Shown: positions 1 through 10,345, counted from the stretch's first letter. The stretch is DNA of 64,000 nt from Spirochaetia bacterium (GCA_965225855.1 CBDDCK010000005.1:928001-992000); one strand, 5' to 3'. Made by a program: numbers and translations. Notes: generated by a model not told the origin, from the sequence alone.

Positions 1-772
1 ATAGTTTGAAATATTTTCGTAAGTGTTTCTTCGGTGTTTCGCTGGCAATGCAGTGCAATAGCGCCAGTAAAGTGGTTTTGCCTGTGCTGTTCTTGCCCAA
101 AAATAAATTGATTTGGCCAAATTCCATCGCCAATTGTGGCAGGGCATATAGCCGGTCTAGCTCCAAACTCTGTATTTTTATCGGTTTAAAATCCTGCGGT
201 TTTACCAGCTTAGATTGGTATTCATGGCTTTTGTCCAGCATGGGGTAGTGATCGGATAGTTGATTTACTTTTCGGCTATCGGCCAAGGCTTGTTCGTACT
301 TTCCTTGTTTGGCATAGCATTCACTGCGATATAAATAGTAGAAAACCATAGCGTTTGGGTTTCTCTCTATCAATTGGTCGTACTCGGCAAGTGCGAGATT
401 CCACTGTTCTGTTCTTTCGTATAACAAGGCTCTATCAACATAGATCGACATATAGTCTGGGTTTAATTCAATTACTTTGTTGTAATTCTCTAAGGCTTTA
501 TCCCATTGTTCTTGCATTTGATATACATTACCTCGTTGATGATAAGCAGGTAAATAGTTTGGCTCTATCGCCAGGGCTTGGTTTAAATCTTGCAAAGATT
601 GCTCTAATTCCCCTAGGTATCTATAACTTATTGCTCTGCTGTTGTAGATTTCAGCATTGTGTGGTTCTAGTTCAATCGCCACGGTGTAGGCTGCAATAGC
701 CTCCGCGTCATTGCCTGCTTTTTGTCGCTTTTGCCCTCGATTGAAATGCTTTTTTGCTTCTTTATTTTTCAT
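1..772 (-). CDS. TPR + ABC/AAA ATPase fusion protein, runs off window start (paralogue of 8076..10190)
   Basis: Not in ORF track. Manual translation from ATG at 772: MKNKEAKKHFNRGQ..., ~5 TPRs, then KIQSLELDRLYALPQLAMEFGQINLFLGKNSTGKTT (Walker A), closely matching the 704-aa paralogue; GGAG upstream. Confidence 0.85.
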   Translation of the reverse strand, partial: MKNKEAKKHFNRGQKRQKAGNDAEAIAAYTVAIELEPHNAEIYNSRAISYRYLGELEQSLQDLNQALAIEPNYLPAYHQRGNVYQMQEQWDKALENYNKVIELNPDYMSIYVDRALLYERTEQWNLALAEYDQLIERNPNAMVFYYLYRSECYAKQGKYEQALADSRKVNQLSDHYPMLDKSHEYQSKLVKPQDFKPIKIQSLELDRLYALPQLAMEFGQINLFLGKNSTGKTTLLALLHCIASETPKKHLRKYFKL

Positions 773-794
773 GATGTGGCTCCTGTGTTTACGA

Positions 795-2315
795 TTGATA
801 AACCGTTTATCAATGGTTTACGGACTCATTTTAACCGATTGGGATTCTAAAGGGTATAGACCCTTTAGCGGGGTTTCGGGCAGAGCCCCGGATATAATAG
901 TAAAGAGTAGGCTTGTCAATCGGTGGTAGTTGTATCATTTATCAATGGTTTACGGACTCATTTTAACCGATAGGGATTCTAAAGGGTTTAGACCCTTTAG
1001 CGGGGTTTGGGGCAGAGCCCCGAATATAGTAATAAAGAATAGGTTTGTCAATAGGTGGTAGTTGTATCATTTATCAATGGTTTACGGACTCATTCTAACC
1101 GATAGGGATTCTAAAGGGTTTAGACCCTTTAGCGGGGTTTGGGGCAGAGCCCCGAATATAATAGTAAAGAGCTGGTTTGTCAATAGGTGGTAGTTGTATC
1201 ATTTATCAATGGTTTACGGACTCATTTTAACCGATAGGGATTCTAAAGGGTTTAGACCCTTTAGCGGGGTTTGGGGCAGAGCCCCGAATATAGTAATAAA
1301 GAATAGGTTTGTCAATAGGTGGTAGTTGTATCATTTATCAATGGTTTACGGACTCATTCTAACCGATAGGGATTCTAAAGGGTTTAGACCCTTTAGCGGG
1401 GTTTGGGGCAGAGCCCCGAATATAGTAATAAAGAGTTAGCTTGTCAATCGCTGGTAGTTTTCCATATTGTCAACGATAGGGATTCTAAAGGGTCAAGACC
1501 CTTTAGCGGGGTTTGGGGCAGAGCCCCGAATATAAAAATAAATAGTTTACTTGTCAATAGGTGGTAGTTGTATCATTTATCAATGGTTTACGGACTCATT
1601 CTAACCGATAGGGATTCTAAAGGGTTTAGACCCTTTAGCGGGGTTTGGGGCAGAGCCCCGAATATAGTAATAAAGAGTTAGCTTGTCAATCGCTGGTAGT
1701 TTTCCATATTGTCAACGATAGGGATTCTAAAGGGTCAAGACCCTTTAGCGGGGTTTGGGGCAGAGCCCCGAATATAGTAATAAAGAGCTGGTTTGTCAAT
1801 CGCTGGTAGTTTTCCATATTGTCAACGATAGGGATTCTAAAGGGTTGCGACCCTTTAGCGGGGTTTGGGGCAGAGCCCCGAATATAATAGTAAAGAGCTG
1901 GTTTGTCAATAGGTGGTAGTTGTATCATTTATCAATGGTTTACGGACTCATTTTAACCGATAGGGATTCTAAAGGGTTGCGACCCTTTAGCGGGGTTTGG
2001 GGCAGAGTCCCGGATATAGTAATAAAGAGCTGGTTTGTCAATCGGTGGTAGTTGTATCATTTATCAATGGTTTACGGACTCATTCTAACCGATAGGGATT
2101 CTAAAGGGTTGCGACCCTTTAGCGGGGTTTGGGGCAGAGCCCCGGATATAGTAATAAAGAGCTGGTTTGTCAATCGGTGGTAGTTGTATCATTTATCAAT
2201 GGTTTACGGACTCATTTTAACCGATAGGGATTCTAAAGGGTTGCGACCCTTTAGCGGGGTTTGGGGCAGAGTCCCAAATATTACAATAAAGAGTAGGCTT
2301 GTCAATCGGTGGTAG
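795..2315 (-). repeat. Tandem array of 12 double-hairpin/promoter units (132-bp and 110-bp periods)
   Basis: Core gggattctaaagggtNNNNaccctttagcggggtttggggcagagcccc at 841, 973, 1105, 1237, 1369, 1479, 1611, 1721, 1831, 1963, 2095, 2227. Confidence 0.95.
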
Positions 2316-2787
2316 TACCGGTAATATTCAGTACTTCAGCTAAGCACTTTAGCAAATTCGATACTTCGGTAAGCCACAGAGTTAAGTTCCTTTGCCCTAT
2401 GCTGGTATTGCCACCGTGTGCAAGTTGATTGCGGTTTTTAATTAAAGCAGCTATGGCATCTTTGGTTTCTTGGGTTATTCTTTGCTTAAATGCTTGTTGT
2501 AATGGCTCTGTTATATCTCCTAACAATTGTGAGAGTACGTCAAACTTAAATGAGCTTTGGCGGCGCAAAATGCGCTTTTGCACTAACTGATTCAGTGATT
2601 CTCCCGAATTTTGTGCCACATACTGCAACAGGTATTGCTTGACAGACTGTTCATAGTGCGCACTGATACGAATGCAAAGATACTGGTTAAAGTCCCCTTG
2701 CAAGTCGACATCTTCTATAGCAGTAGACTTTTCTAGCTTTTGTTGTAAGCGATTATTGTTGGTGCTTATGTTGTAATCTGCTACCAT
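2302..2787 (-). CDS. HEPN-domain protein (RiboL-PSP/MAE_28990-like putative RNase)
   Basis: R-x4-H motif RNQLAH; N-terminal helix 'ISAHYEQSVK'; directly downstream of a DUF262 gene. Confidence 0.75.
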   Translation of the reverse strand: MVADYNISTNNNRLQQKLEKSTAIEDVDLQGDFNQYLCIRISAHYEQSVKQYLLQYVAQNSGESLNQLVQKRILRRQSSFKFDVLSQLLGDITEPLQQAFKQRITQETKDAIAALIKNRNQLAHGGNTSIGQRNLTLWLTEVSNLLKCLAEVLNITGTTTD

Positions 2788-2790
2788 AAT

Positions 2791-3906
2791 CTACAGTTTG
2801 GCAAAGGTTTGTTGTGCTAAGTCAAAGCGTTTATCTACATGGTTTTCGTCCGCTGTAGGGCCTTTACAGTATTCTTTGTATGTATTGTTCTGCAACAATT
2901 CATCGTATAATGTTTTGACTCTCTGTGGTTTAAGCTCTGTATTACTAGACAATTTGTGGGCCAACGCTACCATTACCGAATCAAAACAAGCTGCATTAAA
3001 GATTTTAAAAGGCCGAAAGGCTTTGTTTGGTTCACCGTTAAAAGCATCATAGACCAGCTTTATTGTGCGGCCAAATAACTGAAAGTCGATATTGCTACCG
3101 TCTTTATGTGCACTCATAAACTCGTTCATAAACTTTTTATATGGTGCTTTATAGTTTGCTCTGTTGTAGTAGTAGGCATAAAAACGCAGTATATATTCCT
3201 CATCTTTTTTGCGGTTATCTTCCTTGCCGTAGATGGCCCGCCAGTGCTGATTCTGGTTGAGTTGCTCGAGTTGATTGTTAAACTCACCCATATACATACA
3301 GGCCCTAAGCTCTTGGGGCGCCAATACCCGCCCGCTGGAATTGAGCCTTTCAAACACTAAGTAAATGCCACTCTGGCTGCGATCGGGTTTTTCTTGCTTT
3401 ACAACCGTAATATGTAGCATGGCATTGTCTAGCTTTCTTTGGTAGACATCCGCTAAGTCTTGGTATGTTTTACCATGAAGTGGGTTGCTTTTACCCAGTT
3501 GCAAGGCAAAACTTGTCGCTGGTTTTGTACCTGTAGGGAACTGATTGGCAAAGAATCCTTCAATGGTTTTTAGCCGTTGTTGGCCGTCAATTACCATAAA
3601 CTTTTCATCATTTGTTTTGGCTAAAAAGATGGTAGGGATAGGCAAATCCATCAATAGCGATTCTATAAATCGGGAAGCTTCGGCTTTATTCCAGACGTAG
3701 TTGCGTTGGTAGTTCGGTATAATAAACTCTTGCTTTTGTAGTTTTCTAACCAGAATCTCTACAGTAAAGTCCACCCCATACGTACTAATCTCATAATTAT
3801 ATCGTATATCTTCATTTTCTCCGCTTTCTTGTTCGGCTTGCAATTCCTGCTGTTCTGGTGTTAATCGATCACGAAAGTTATTGTCAATATCGCTTTCTTG
3901 GGACAT
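2791..3906 (-). CDS. DUF262 (GmrSD/ParB-like) protein
   Basis: IPNYQRNYVW, FIESLL..LPIP, VIDGQQRL, VFERLNSSG motifs. Confidence 0.9.
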   Translation of the reverse strand: MSQESDIDNNFRDRLTPEQQELQAEQESGENEDIRYNYEISTYGVDFTVEILVRKLQKQEFIIPNYQRNYVWNKAEASRFIESLLMDLPIPTIFLAKTNDEKFMVIDGQQRLKTIEGFFANQFPTGTKPATSFALQLGKSNPLHGKTYQDLADVYQRKLDNAMLHITVVKQEKPDRSQSGIYLVFERLNSSGRVLAPQELRACMYMGEFNNQLEQLNQNQHWRAIYGKEDNRKKDEEYILRFYAYYYNRANYKAPYKKFMNEFMSAHKDGSNIDFQLFGRTIKLVYDAFNGEPNKAFRPFKIFNAACFDSVMVALAHKLSSNTELKPQRVKTLYDELLQNNTYKEYCKGPTADENHVDKRFDLAQQTFAKL

Positions 3907-4069
3907 CGTATCCTCCTTTTATAAAGGGCAGAATAAACAAATAACTATTTGGGGTCAAACGAATGTAGAGTATAAATTCTATTTTTTGAGGTAGGGAAGT
4001 CTATTAAAAATAAACACTGAATCGGCCTAAATTAAATCCATTATCACCGATTTCTATCTTAGCTATCTA

Positions 4070-4541
4070 TAACATTATTTGGGGCTCTGCCCCAAACCCC
4101 GCGCAAGGGTCTATACCCTTGAGGATCCCAATCGTTGATTGTTTAAGTTACTCTTTGGCAACCTGTCTTTAATCATCACTTATTTTTACCCCAACTATCT
4201 ACTATATCATTCGGGGCTCTGCCCGAAACCCCGCGCAAGGGGTTATACCCTTTAGAATCCCAATAGTGCATAGTTTAAGTTACTCTTTGGCAATCTGTCT
4301 TTAATTATCACTTATTTTTACACCACTTATCTATAACATCATTCGGGGCTCTGCCCGAAACCCCGCGCAAGGGTCTATACCTTTTAGAATCCCAATCGGT
4401 TATAGTTTAAGTTACTCTTTGGCAATCTGTCTTTAATTATCACTTATTTTTACACCACTTATCTATAACATCATTCGGGGCTCTGCCCGAAACCCCGCGC
4501 AAGGGTATCTACCCTTTAGAATCCCAATCGTGTATAGTTTG
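4070..4541 (+). repeat. Array of 4 double-hairpin units, opposite orientation, 132-bp period
   Basis: ggggctctgccc(c/g)aaaccccgcgcaaggg...ccctt...atccc at 4081, 4213, 4345, 4477. Confidence 0.95.
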
Positions 4542-4623
4542 ACTGTTTGTTGGTGATAATCTATTGGTTGGTCTACTAGCAATAGATGGTCGATCATATA
4601 TTTTGTTAGCCTACAGAGTCAAG

Positions 4624-5202
4624 CTAGCTTGTTCCATTGTATGATAATTGCCCTTGTAAATGCTGGTTTACGGCCTCTATCAATGCCATTGAATGCTGAT
4701 ACATCTGCGAAATATCTTCCACGGTTAGCTGGCCTAGGTTTTGTTCTACGTAATTTTTATGGACAAGCTCATTGCGCTTATACCCCAATCTTATGAAAGA
4801 CTTGGCATAGCTCTCACTATAGCGATCGATACTTGTTAGTGATTCCATTTCTATATCTATGCTTTTTAGAAACCTATTAAAGCCACGTTGGTGTGGTTCT
4901 TTAAACTCAAACAGTTTATAAAACCCCCGATCGAAAACTTTAGTTTCTACTAGCTTAGTTAGGGAAGTAGTCTTGCTTGCATTTTGTAACCACTGTTTGA
5001 GCATTTCAATAAAGCAATGTTCGACATAACTAAAAGCAGAAATCACTAACGACTTACGCAGCTCTAGGTTTAGTTGGTTGGCATCGTCAAACTTCTCTTC
5101 AGCAGATAGAAATTCTTGTATTCTATGGCATAACTCTATCGATTGCTCTATTGAGCCCTTTGTTTGCATTGTTGTTTGTTGCATAAACTTATACTTTTGC
5201 AA
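4624..5202 (-). CDS. HEPN-domain protein
   Basis: RKSLVISAFSYVEH and RNELVH (R-x4-H); overlaps the upstream DUF262 stop. Confidence 0.75.
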   Translation of the reverse strand: MQKYKFMQQTTMQTKGSIEQSIELCHRIQEFLSAEEKFDDANQLNLELRKSLVISAFSYVEHCFIEMLKQWLQNASKTTSLTKLVETKVFDRGFYKLFEFKEPHQRGFNRFLKSIDIEMESLTSIDRYSESYAKSFIRLGYKRNELVHKNYVEQNLGQLTVEDISQMYQHSMALIEAVNQHLQGQLSYNGTS

Positions 5203-6361
5203 GAATATCTTTGGCAGTTTGTATGCGTTGTTCTACCAGTCCTTTGTTGGTAGTCGGTAGGTTGGTTTGTTGCAATCGCTGTTGAATAGTTTTCTTCAGC
5301 TGGTCAAACTGGGCTACTGTAATCGAGACTTGCACTTGCCCCTTGCAAGAAAGCTGGGCCCAAGCGGTAAACAATGCATCGAGTATCGTAACTAAAAATC
5401 TACCGTCATTACTTTTCAAGTTATAACTTTCTATGGGCTGGGTAAAGCTATTCAGAAAGTTAGCAAACATTTGTCTACACTCTGCAAGTTGTTCTTCGGT
5501 GAAGTCTTTTGTTGTTAGCGAAAAGGTATTGAGGAAACGTGCCATAGGTGGCTTGTATTCTTCGGCGTCAGCCAGAGCAAAACAACGCAACAAATACTCT
5601 ATATCTTTATAGTTGTTGTCGGGACTGTTTTGGCCTAACAACTTTTGCCATTGCGGTTTACGGTTTAGTTCATCGAGTAGTTGGTAAAACGGACCATCGA
5701 AAATCGATCGTCGTACTTCCTGGGGTGTTAGCTTAGTTCCACCAGTGTTTAAGCGCTTAAAGATTTCATACATCGAAGAAGCCTGATGTTCAGGTTTCGG
5801 ATCAAATTGAGTGATAGTGATAGTCCGCAGTGTTCGCATGTCGAATATCCATTGTTGTTTGATGCTTAGTTCGCTATACTTTATGCCATGCAAATCGTTC
5901 TTTTGTTCTACATTCGTTACTTTAGGGAGCTGCAAGCGGAAGTCTTCAAAGTATGTATTGTCATCAAATAGTTTGGGATCAATAAACTTGTAGCCTGCTT
6001 GTAGGGACTTTGACCGGATGGTGCCGTACTGATCTTTTCTGGGAAAGCGTTGTTTATAGAAAAAGTATATCGAAGATAGGCGCTGTTGGCCATCTATTAA
6101 CAATTGCTGTTTATTGTGTTCAAAGAGGAACAGCTGCGGTATCGGCAGCCCCATGATTAGCGATTCGATTAAAGAAGACGCTTGTTTTTTGTTCCACGTA
6201 AAGTTGCGTTGAAACGGTGGAATGGTGAATGAGCCTCGATCAATAAACTTTACTAAAGATTCAATATTCCAATCATTGGGTAGCGATCTTATATCATAAA
6301 CGGTTAATCCCGTTGCGTCATCCTCCTCTTCCTCTAATGGTTGTGCTTGATTTTCAGCCAT
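5189..6361 (-). CDS. DUF262 (GmrSD/ParB-like) protein
   Basis: IPPFQRNFTW, LIESLIMGLPIP, IDGQQRL, IFKRLNTGG. Confidence 0.9.
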   Translation of the reverse strand: MAENQAQPLEEEEDDATGLTVYDIRSLPNDWNIESLVKFIDRGSFTIPPFQRNFTWNKKQASSLIESLIMGLPIPQLFLFEHNKQQLLIDGQQRLSSIYFFYKQRFPRKDQYGTIRSKSLQAGYKFIDPKLFDDNTYFEDFRLQLPKVTNVEQKNDLHGIKYSELSIKQQWIFDMRTLRTITITQFDPKPEHQASSMYEIFKRLNTGGTKLTPQEVRRSIFDGPFYQLLDELNRKPQWQKLLGQNSPDNNYKDIEYLLRCFALADAEEYKPPMARFLNTFSLTTKDFTEEQLAECRQMFANFLNSFTQPIESYNLKSNDGRFLVTILDALFTAWAQLSCKGQVQVSITVAQFDQLKKTIQQRLQQTNLPTTNKGLVEQRIQTAKDILAKV

Positions 6362-6539
6362 AATGTCAACCTCCTCAATTGGTTTTTACCCGCTAGATTA
6401 TAGAAAAACACCGCCAGTTGTGCCATAACATGCTCTAAATTTTGTTGCATTTGCTTTCTGATACCCTACAGAAAGGCTGCCTATATATTTGAGTGATGGT
6501 AGATATTTGCACGATTGCCACTCCAACTATCCGCTATAG

Positions 6540-7420
6540 TATCTGGGGCGCTGCCCCAAACCCCGCGCAAGGGGTCTATACCCTTTAGAATCCCAATCGT
6601 GTATAGTTTAAGTTACTCTTTAGCAATCTGTCTTTGGCTTTCATTGATTTTTACCTTGACTACCTACAACATTATTCGGGGCGCTGCCCCAAACCCCGCG
6701 CAAGGGTCTATACCCTTGAGGATCCCAATTTGTTATAGTTTATCCGTAGACCATAAATAAATGATGAAACTATCAATGATGGACAAACCAATTATTTATT
6801 ATATTATTCGGGGCTCTGCCCCAAACCCCGCGCAAGGGTCTATACCCTTGAGGATCCCAATTTGTTATAGTTTATCCGTAGACCATAAATAAATGATGAA
6901 ACTATCAATGATGGACAAACCAATTATTTATTATATTATTCGGGGCGCTGCCCCAAACCCCGCGCAAGGGTCTATACCCTTGAGGATCCCAATTTGTTAT
7001 AGTTTATCCGTAGACCATAAATAAATGATGAAACTATCAATGATGGACAAACCAATTATTTATTATATTATTCGGGGCTCTGCCCCAAACCCCGCGCAAG
7101 GGTCTATACCCTTGAGGATCCCAATTTGTTATAGTTTATCCGTAGACCATAAATAAATGATGAAACTATCAATGATGGACAAACCAATTATTTATTATAT
7201 TATTCGGGGCTCTGCCCCAAACCCCGCGCAAGGGTCTATACCCTTGCGAATCCCAATTTGTTATAGTTTGTCTTATTGTTTGTTGCTCTGTCTTTGGCTT
7301 TCATTGATTTTTACCCCCACTACCTACTATATCAATCGGGGCTCTGCCCCAAACCCCGCGCAAGGGTCTATACCCTTACGAATCCCAATCGTGTATAGTT
7401 TGCTTGTCAATCGGTGGTAA
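6540..7420 (+). repeat. Array of 7 double-hairpin units, 132/133-bp period, two spacer types
   Basis: Cores at 6545, 6678, 6810, 6942, 7074, 7206, 7338. Confidence 0.95.
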
Positions 7421-7495
7421 TCTGACCAATACCCTACAATTTTCGATCGGTTGATCGATTAAATTGAGCCTTTTTTCCCACTATTTAGGAAATGC

Positions 7496-8083
7496 TTATC
7501 CATTTTCCAGGCTCAAGAATACATTGAGTTTTTCTTTGGCTAATTGCTGGTCGATTAGCTTAAATTCAAAAGGCAATCTGTCATTCATTATGGTTGTATA
7601 CTTGTTTATTTCCGTTTCAATATTCTTTTTCCAGTCATCAAACTGTTGTTGACCCTGTAGATCGTCTTTTACATAGTAAATGAAATACAAGCATACTCGT
7701 TGGGGTTGGTTGTGGATAAAGTTGTTATCAATGGTAAAATTCCATTGATGAGAAAAGGCCAATAGCAAGGTATCTAAAGCTTTCTTGATGATTTCTTGTA
7801 GCTGTTCTTGCTTATATTGCTTGATAATATGGCGTTTGATGTCTTTAATAGAATTGCCTTCTCCGATAATTCCTTGCCATTCCGTAATATCTCTTTGGTA
7901 TGCTTTGGGCTGGTATTCGGAAACTTCGACAAAATAAAACCACTGTTGTTTGCTATAGAAAAAGTCCATATCCTTTAATTTCCAATTGCTTCCCAGTTTG
8001 TCTTCCACTTTAAAGCAGTTGGTTTCATTTAGGTTTTCATCTTCAAACCTTACGGTTAATCGGCTTTCTGTAAACTCAATCAT
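7496..8083 (-). CDS. Hypothetical protein coupled to the ATPase; possible degenerate PD-(D/E)xK nuclease fold
   Basis: 8-bp overlap with ATPase stop; 'DMDFF...FYFVEVS' resembles a D...ExK motif with K>S. Confidence 0.6.
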   Translation of the reverse strand: MIEFTESRLTVRFEDENLNETNCFKVEDKLGSNWKLKDMDFFYSKQQWFYFVEVSEYQPKAYQRDITEWQGIIGEGNSIKDIKRHIIKQYKQEQLQEIIKKALDTLLLAFSHQWNFTIDNNFIHNQPQRVCLYFIYYVKDDLQGQQQFDDWKKNIETEINKYTTIMNDRLPFEFKLIDQQLAKEKLNVFLSLENG

Positions 8084-10190
8084 GCCACATTACCTCGTCA
8101 TAATGGTCATGCATCTCTAATGCTTCGGCCAATATCTCGTTATCTGGCACGCCGTCTTTAAGGTCATTGCAGATGTAACCTTGCTTAGTTAAGGCAAAAC
8201 AAAAGGCGCTTTGTTGGTTGCGTTTGCTGGCAATTACCAGTTCTTCTAGTACAAAAGAGCTGTGACTGGCGATGAATATTTGCACGCCTTTCGCCGCTAG
8301 TGCAGCCAAGATTTGCACAAACTGGCGCACGAAAGCGGGGTGAAGGTTGGCTTCGGCCTCGTCTATCAACAACACACTTTCACGAGTGATGCTGTGGTTT
8401 TCTAGCAATAAGCGCAGCAATTGCAGCTTTTTTATCCCTTCCGCTCCCTGCTCTAAGGGTATTGTTTCACCGCTAGCCAGTTTGTAACTAAATTCATTGC
8501 GGGGGCTAGATTTGCGATTGCGCTCTACCGATTCGCTGCCTTTGTAGTGTTGTTCAAAGCATTCCAGCAGGTTCTGTTGGCGATTGCTGAGCTGCTTATC
8601 TGGGCTATTGCGGAGCAACTTCTGGCAAGTTTGGCTATCAATAGCACTATATTCATGGGGTAGGGTGATTATGGCACGGTACAAACTCAATAGGCATTTG
8701 TCTGGGATAAACACAGGTTCAAATAAGGTTGTGCCTCTATGCGATTGGTTTGTGGTGCTGTTCCATTGCCATTGTTGCTGATAGCTTTGCAAAAATGCTT
8801 GGATATTGGCCTGCTCTATCACCGATAGTGCAAAGTGTTGTTGTAAATTTTGTTTGGGGTTGTCGCTGGCAATGCAGTGCAATACCTTCAATAAAGTGGT
8901 TTTGCCTGCACCATTTTTACCCAAAAATAAATTGAGTTGGCCAAACTCCATCGCCAATTGGGGTAGGGCATATAAGCGATTTAGCTCCAGCTTCTGTATT
9001 TTTCTTGGTTGGAAATCTTGTTGCTTTACTAGCTTTTCTTGGTATTCTCGTGCTTGTTGATCTATAAAAGGAAATCCCGGCATCAATTGGTTTACCTTGC
9101 GGTTATCGGCTAAAGCCAGTTCGTACTTCCCTTGTTGTGCATATAGCATGCTGCGGTTCATGTAGGCTACTGCATTGGTTTTGTCTAATTCAATCGCTTG
9201 GTTGAAGTCTAACAGAGCCTGATCTTCTTGCCCTTGTTCTGCGTATAGTGCCCCACGATTGCCATAGGCATCTGCATAGTCTCGGTTTAATTCAATCGCT
9301 TTATGGTAATCTTCCAGAGCCTGCTCCCATTGCCCTCTTTCTGTATATAATAGGCCTCGGTTATAGTAAGCTGCAACATTGCCCAACTCAATCGCTTTGT
9401 TGTAGTCTAACAGAGCCTTATCTGTTTGCCCTTGTTCTGCGTATAATACCCCACGATTGCCATAGGCATCTGCATAATCTGGCTGTAACTCAATTGCTTG
9501 GTCGTAGTCTTTCAAAGCCTTATCCGTTTGCCCTTGCTTTTTATATAATACACCTCGGTTGTTGTAAGCTGTAACATTGCCCAACTCAATCGCTTGGTTG
9601 TAGTCTTCCAGTGCCTTATCTTCTTGCCCTTGTTTTTGGTATAGGTTTCCACGATTGCCATAGGCATCTGCATAGTCTCGGTTTAATTCAATCGCTTTAT
9701 GGTAATCTTTTAGAGCCTCATGCCATTGCCCATGTTTTCGATATAAGTTGCCTCGGTTGTTGTAAGATTCAACATTACCCAACTCAATCGCTTGGTTGTA
9801 GTCTAACAGAGCCTTATCTTCTTGCCTTTGTTCTGCGTATAGTACTCCACGATTGCCATAGGCTGCTGCATTGTCTGGCTGTAATTCAATCGCTTGGTCG
9901 TAATCTTTTAGTGCTTGATCCAGTAGTCCTTGTTCCCGATATAGATTGCCTCGGTTATAATAAGCTGTAGCATTGTTTGGTCTTATCGCAATGATTTCGT
10001 CATAATCTCCCAAGGATTTTTCCCATAAACCTAGGTTTTTGTATAAGTTTCCTCGGTTGCTGTAGGCTTCAATACATTTATTGTCTAGCTCAATAGCCTT
10101 GGTGTAGGCTTCAATGGCCGCCTCTATGTTCCCTGTTTTTTGGTAGTTTTCTCCCTGTTCAAAGTAGGCTTTTGCTTCTGGGTTTGGCAT
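8076..10190 (-). CDS. 11-TPR array fused to ABC-type (AAA_15/AAA_21-like) ATPase
   Basis: AYxNRG repeats; Walker A GKNGAGKT, AEG signature, Walker B LLIDEAE, NLHP, H-loop IASHS. Confidence 0.9.
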   Translation of the reverse strand: MPNPEAKAYFEQGENYQKTGNIEAAIEAYTKAIELDNKCIEAYSNRGNLYKNLGLWEKSLGDYDEIIAIRPNNATAYYNRGNLYREQGLLDQALKDYDQAIELQPDNAAAYGNRGVLYAEQRQEDKALLDYNQAIELGNVESYNNRGNLYRKHGQWHEALKDYHKAIELNRDYADAYGNRGNLYQKQGQEDKALEDYNQAIELGNVTAYNNRGVLYKKQGQTDKALKDYDQAIELQPDYADAYGNRGVLYAEQGQTDKALLDYNKAIELGNVAAYYNRGLLYTERGQWEQALEDYHKAIELNRDYADAYGNRGALYAEQGQEDQALLDFNQAIELDKTNAVAYMNRSMLYAQQGKYELALADNRKVNQLMPGFPFIDQQAREYQEKLVKQQDFQPRKIQKLELNRLYALPQLAMEFGQLNLFLGKNGAGKTTLLKVLHCIASDNPKQNLQQHFALSVIEQANIQAFLQSYQQQWQWNSTTNQSHRGTTLFEPVFIPDKCLLSLYRAIITLPHEYSAIDSQTCQKLLRNSPDKQLSNRQQNLLECFEQHYKGSESVERNRKSSPRNEFSYKLASGETIPLEQGAEGIKKLQLLRLLLENHSITRESVLLIDEAEANLHPAFVRQFVQILAALAAKGVQIFIASHSSFVLEELVIASKRNQQSAFCFALTKQGYICNDLKDGVPDNEILAEALEMHDHYDEVMWHD

Positions 10191-10214
10191 GGTGTGTCTC
10201 CTGTCTTTACTATA

Positions 10215-10345
10215 GATAAACCGTTTATCAACGGTTTACGGAATCATTCTAACCGATTGGGATTCTAAAGGGTCGAGACCCTTTAGCGGGGTTTGGGGCA
10301 GAGCCCCGAATATTATCATAAATAGTTTACTTGTCAATCATTGAT
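10215..10345 (-). repeat. Single double-hairpin unit directly upstream of the TPR-ATPase gene
   Basis: Same core near 10259-10308 with TTGACA on the minus strand. Confidence 0.9.

Noticed and set aside
795..7420. CRISPR array
   Set aside because: Spacers are ~60-80 bp, repeated and mutually homologous rather than unique; no cas genes in the window
1686..7420. Short ORFs 1686..1928, 6515..6760, 7157..7420 (GSAPNP/GALPQTP peptides)
   Set aside because: Read-through of the DNA repeats with no consistent frame or RBS
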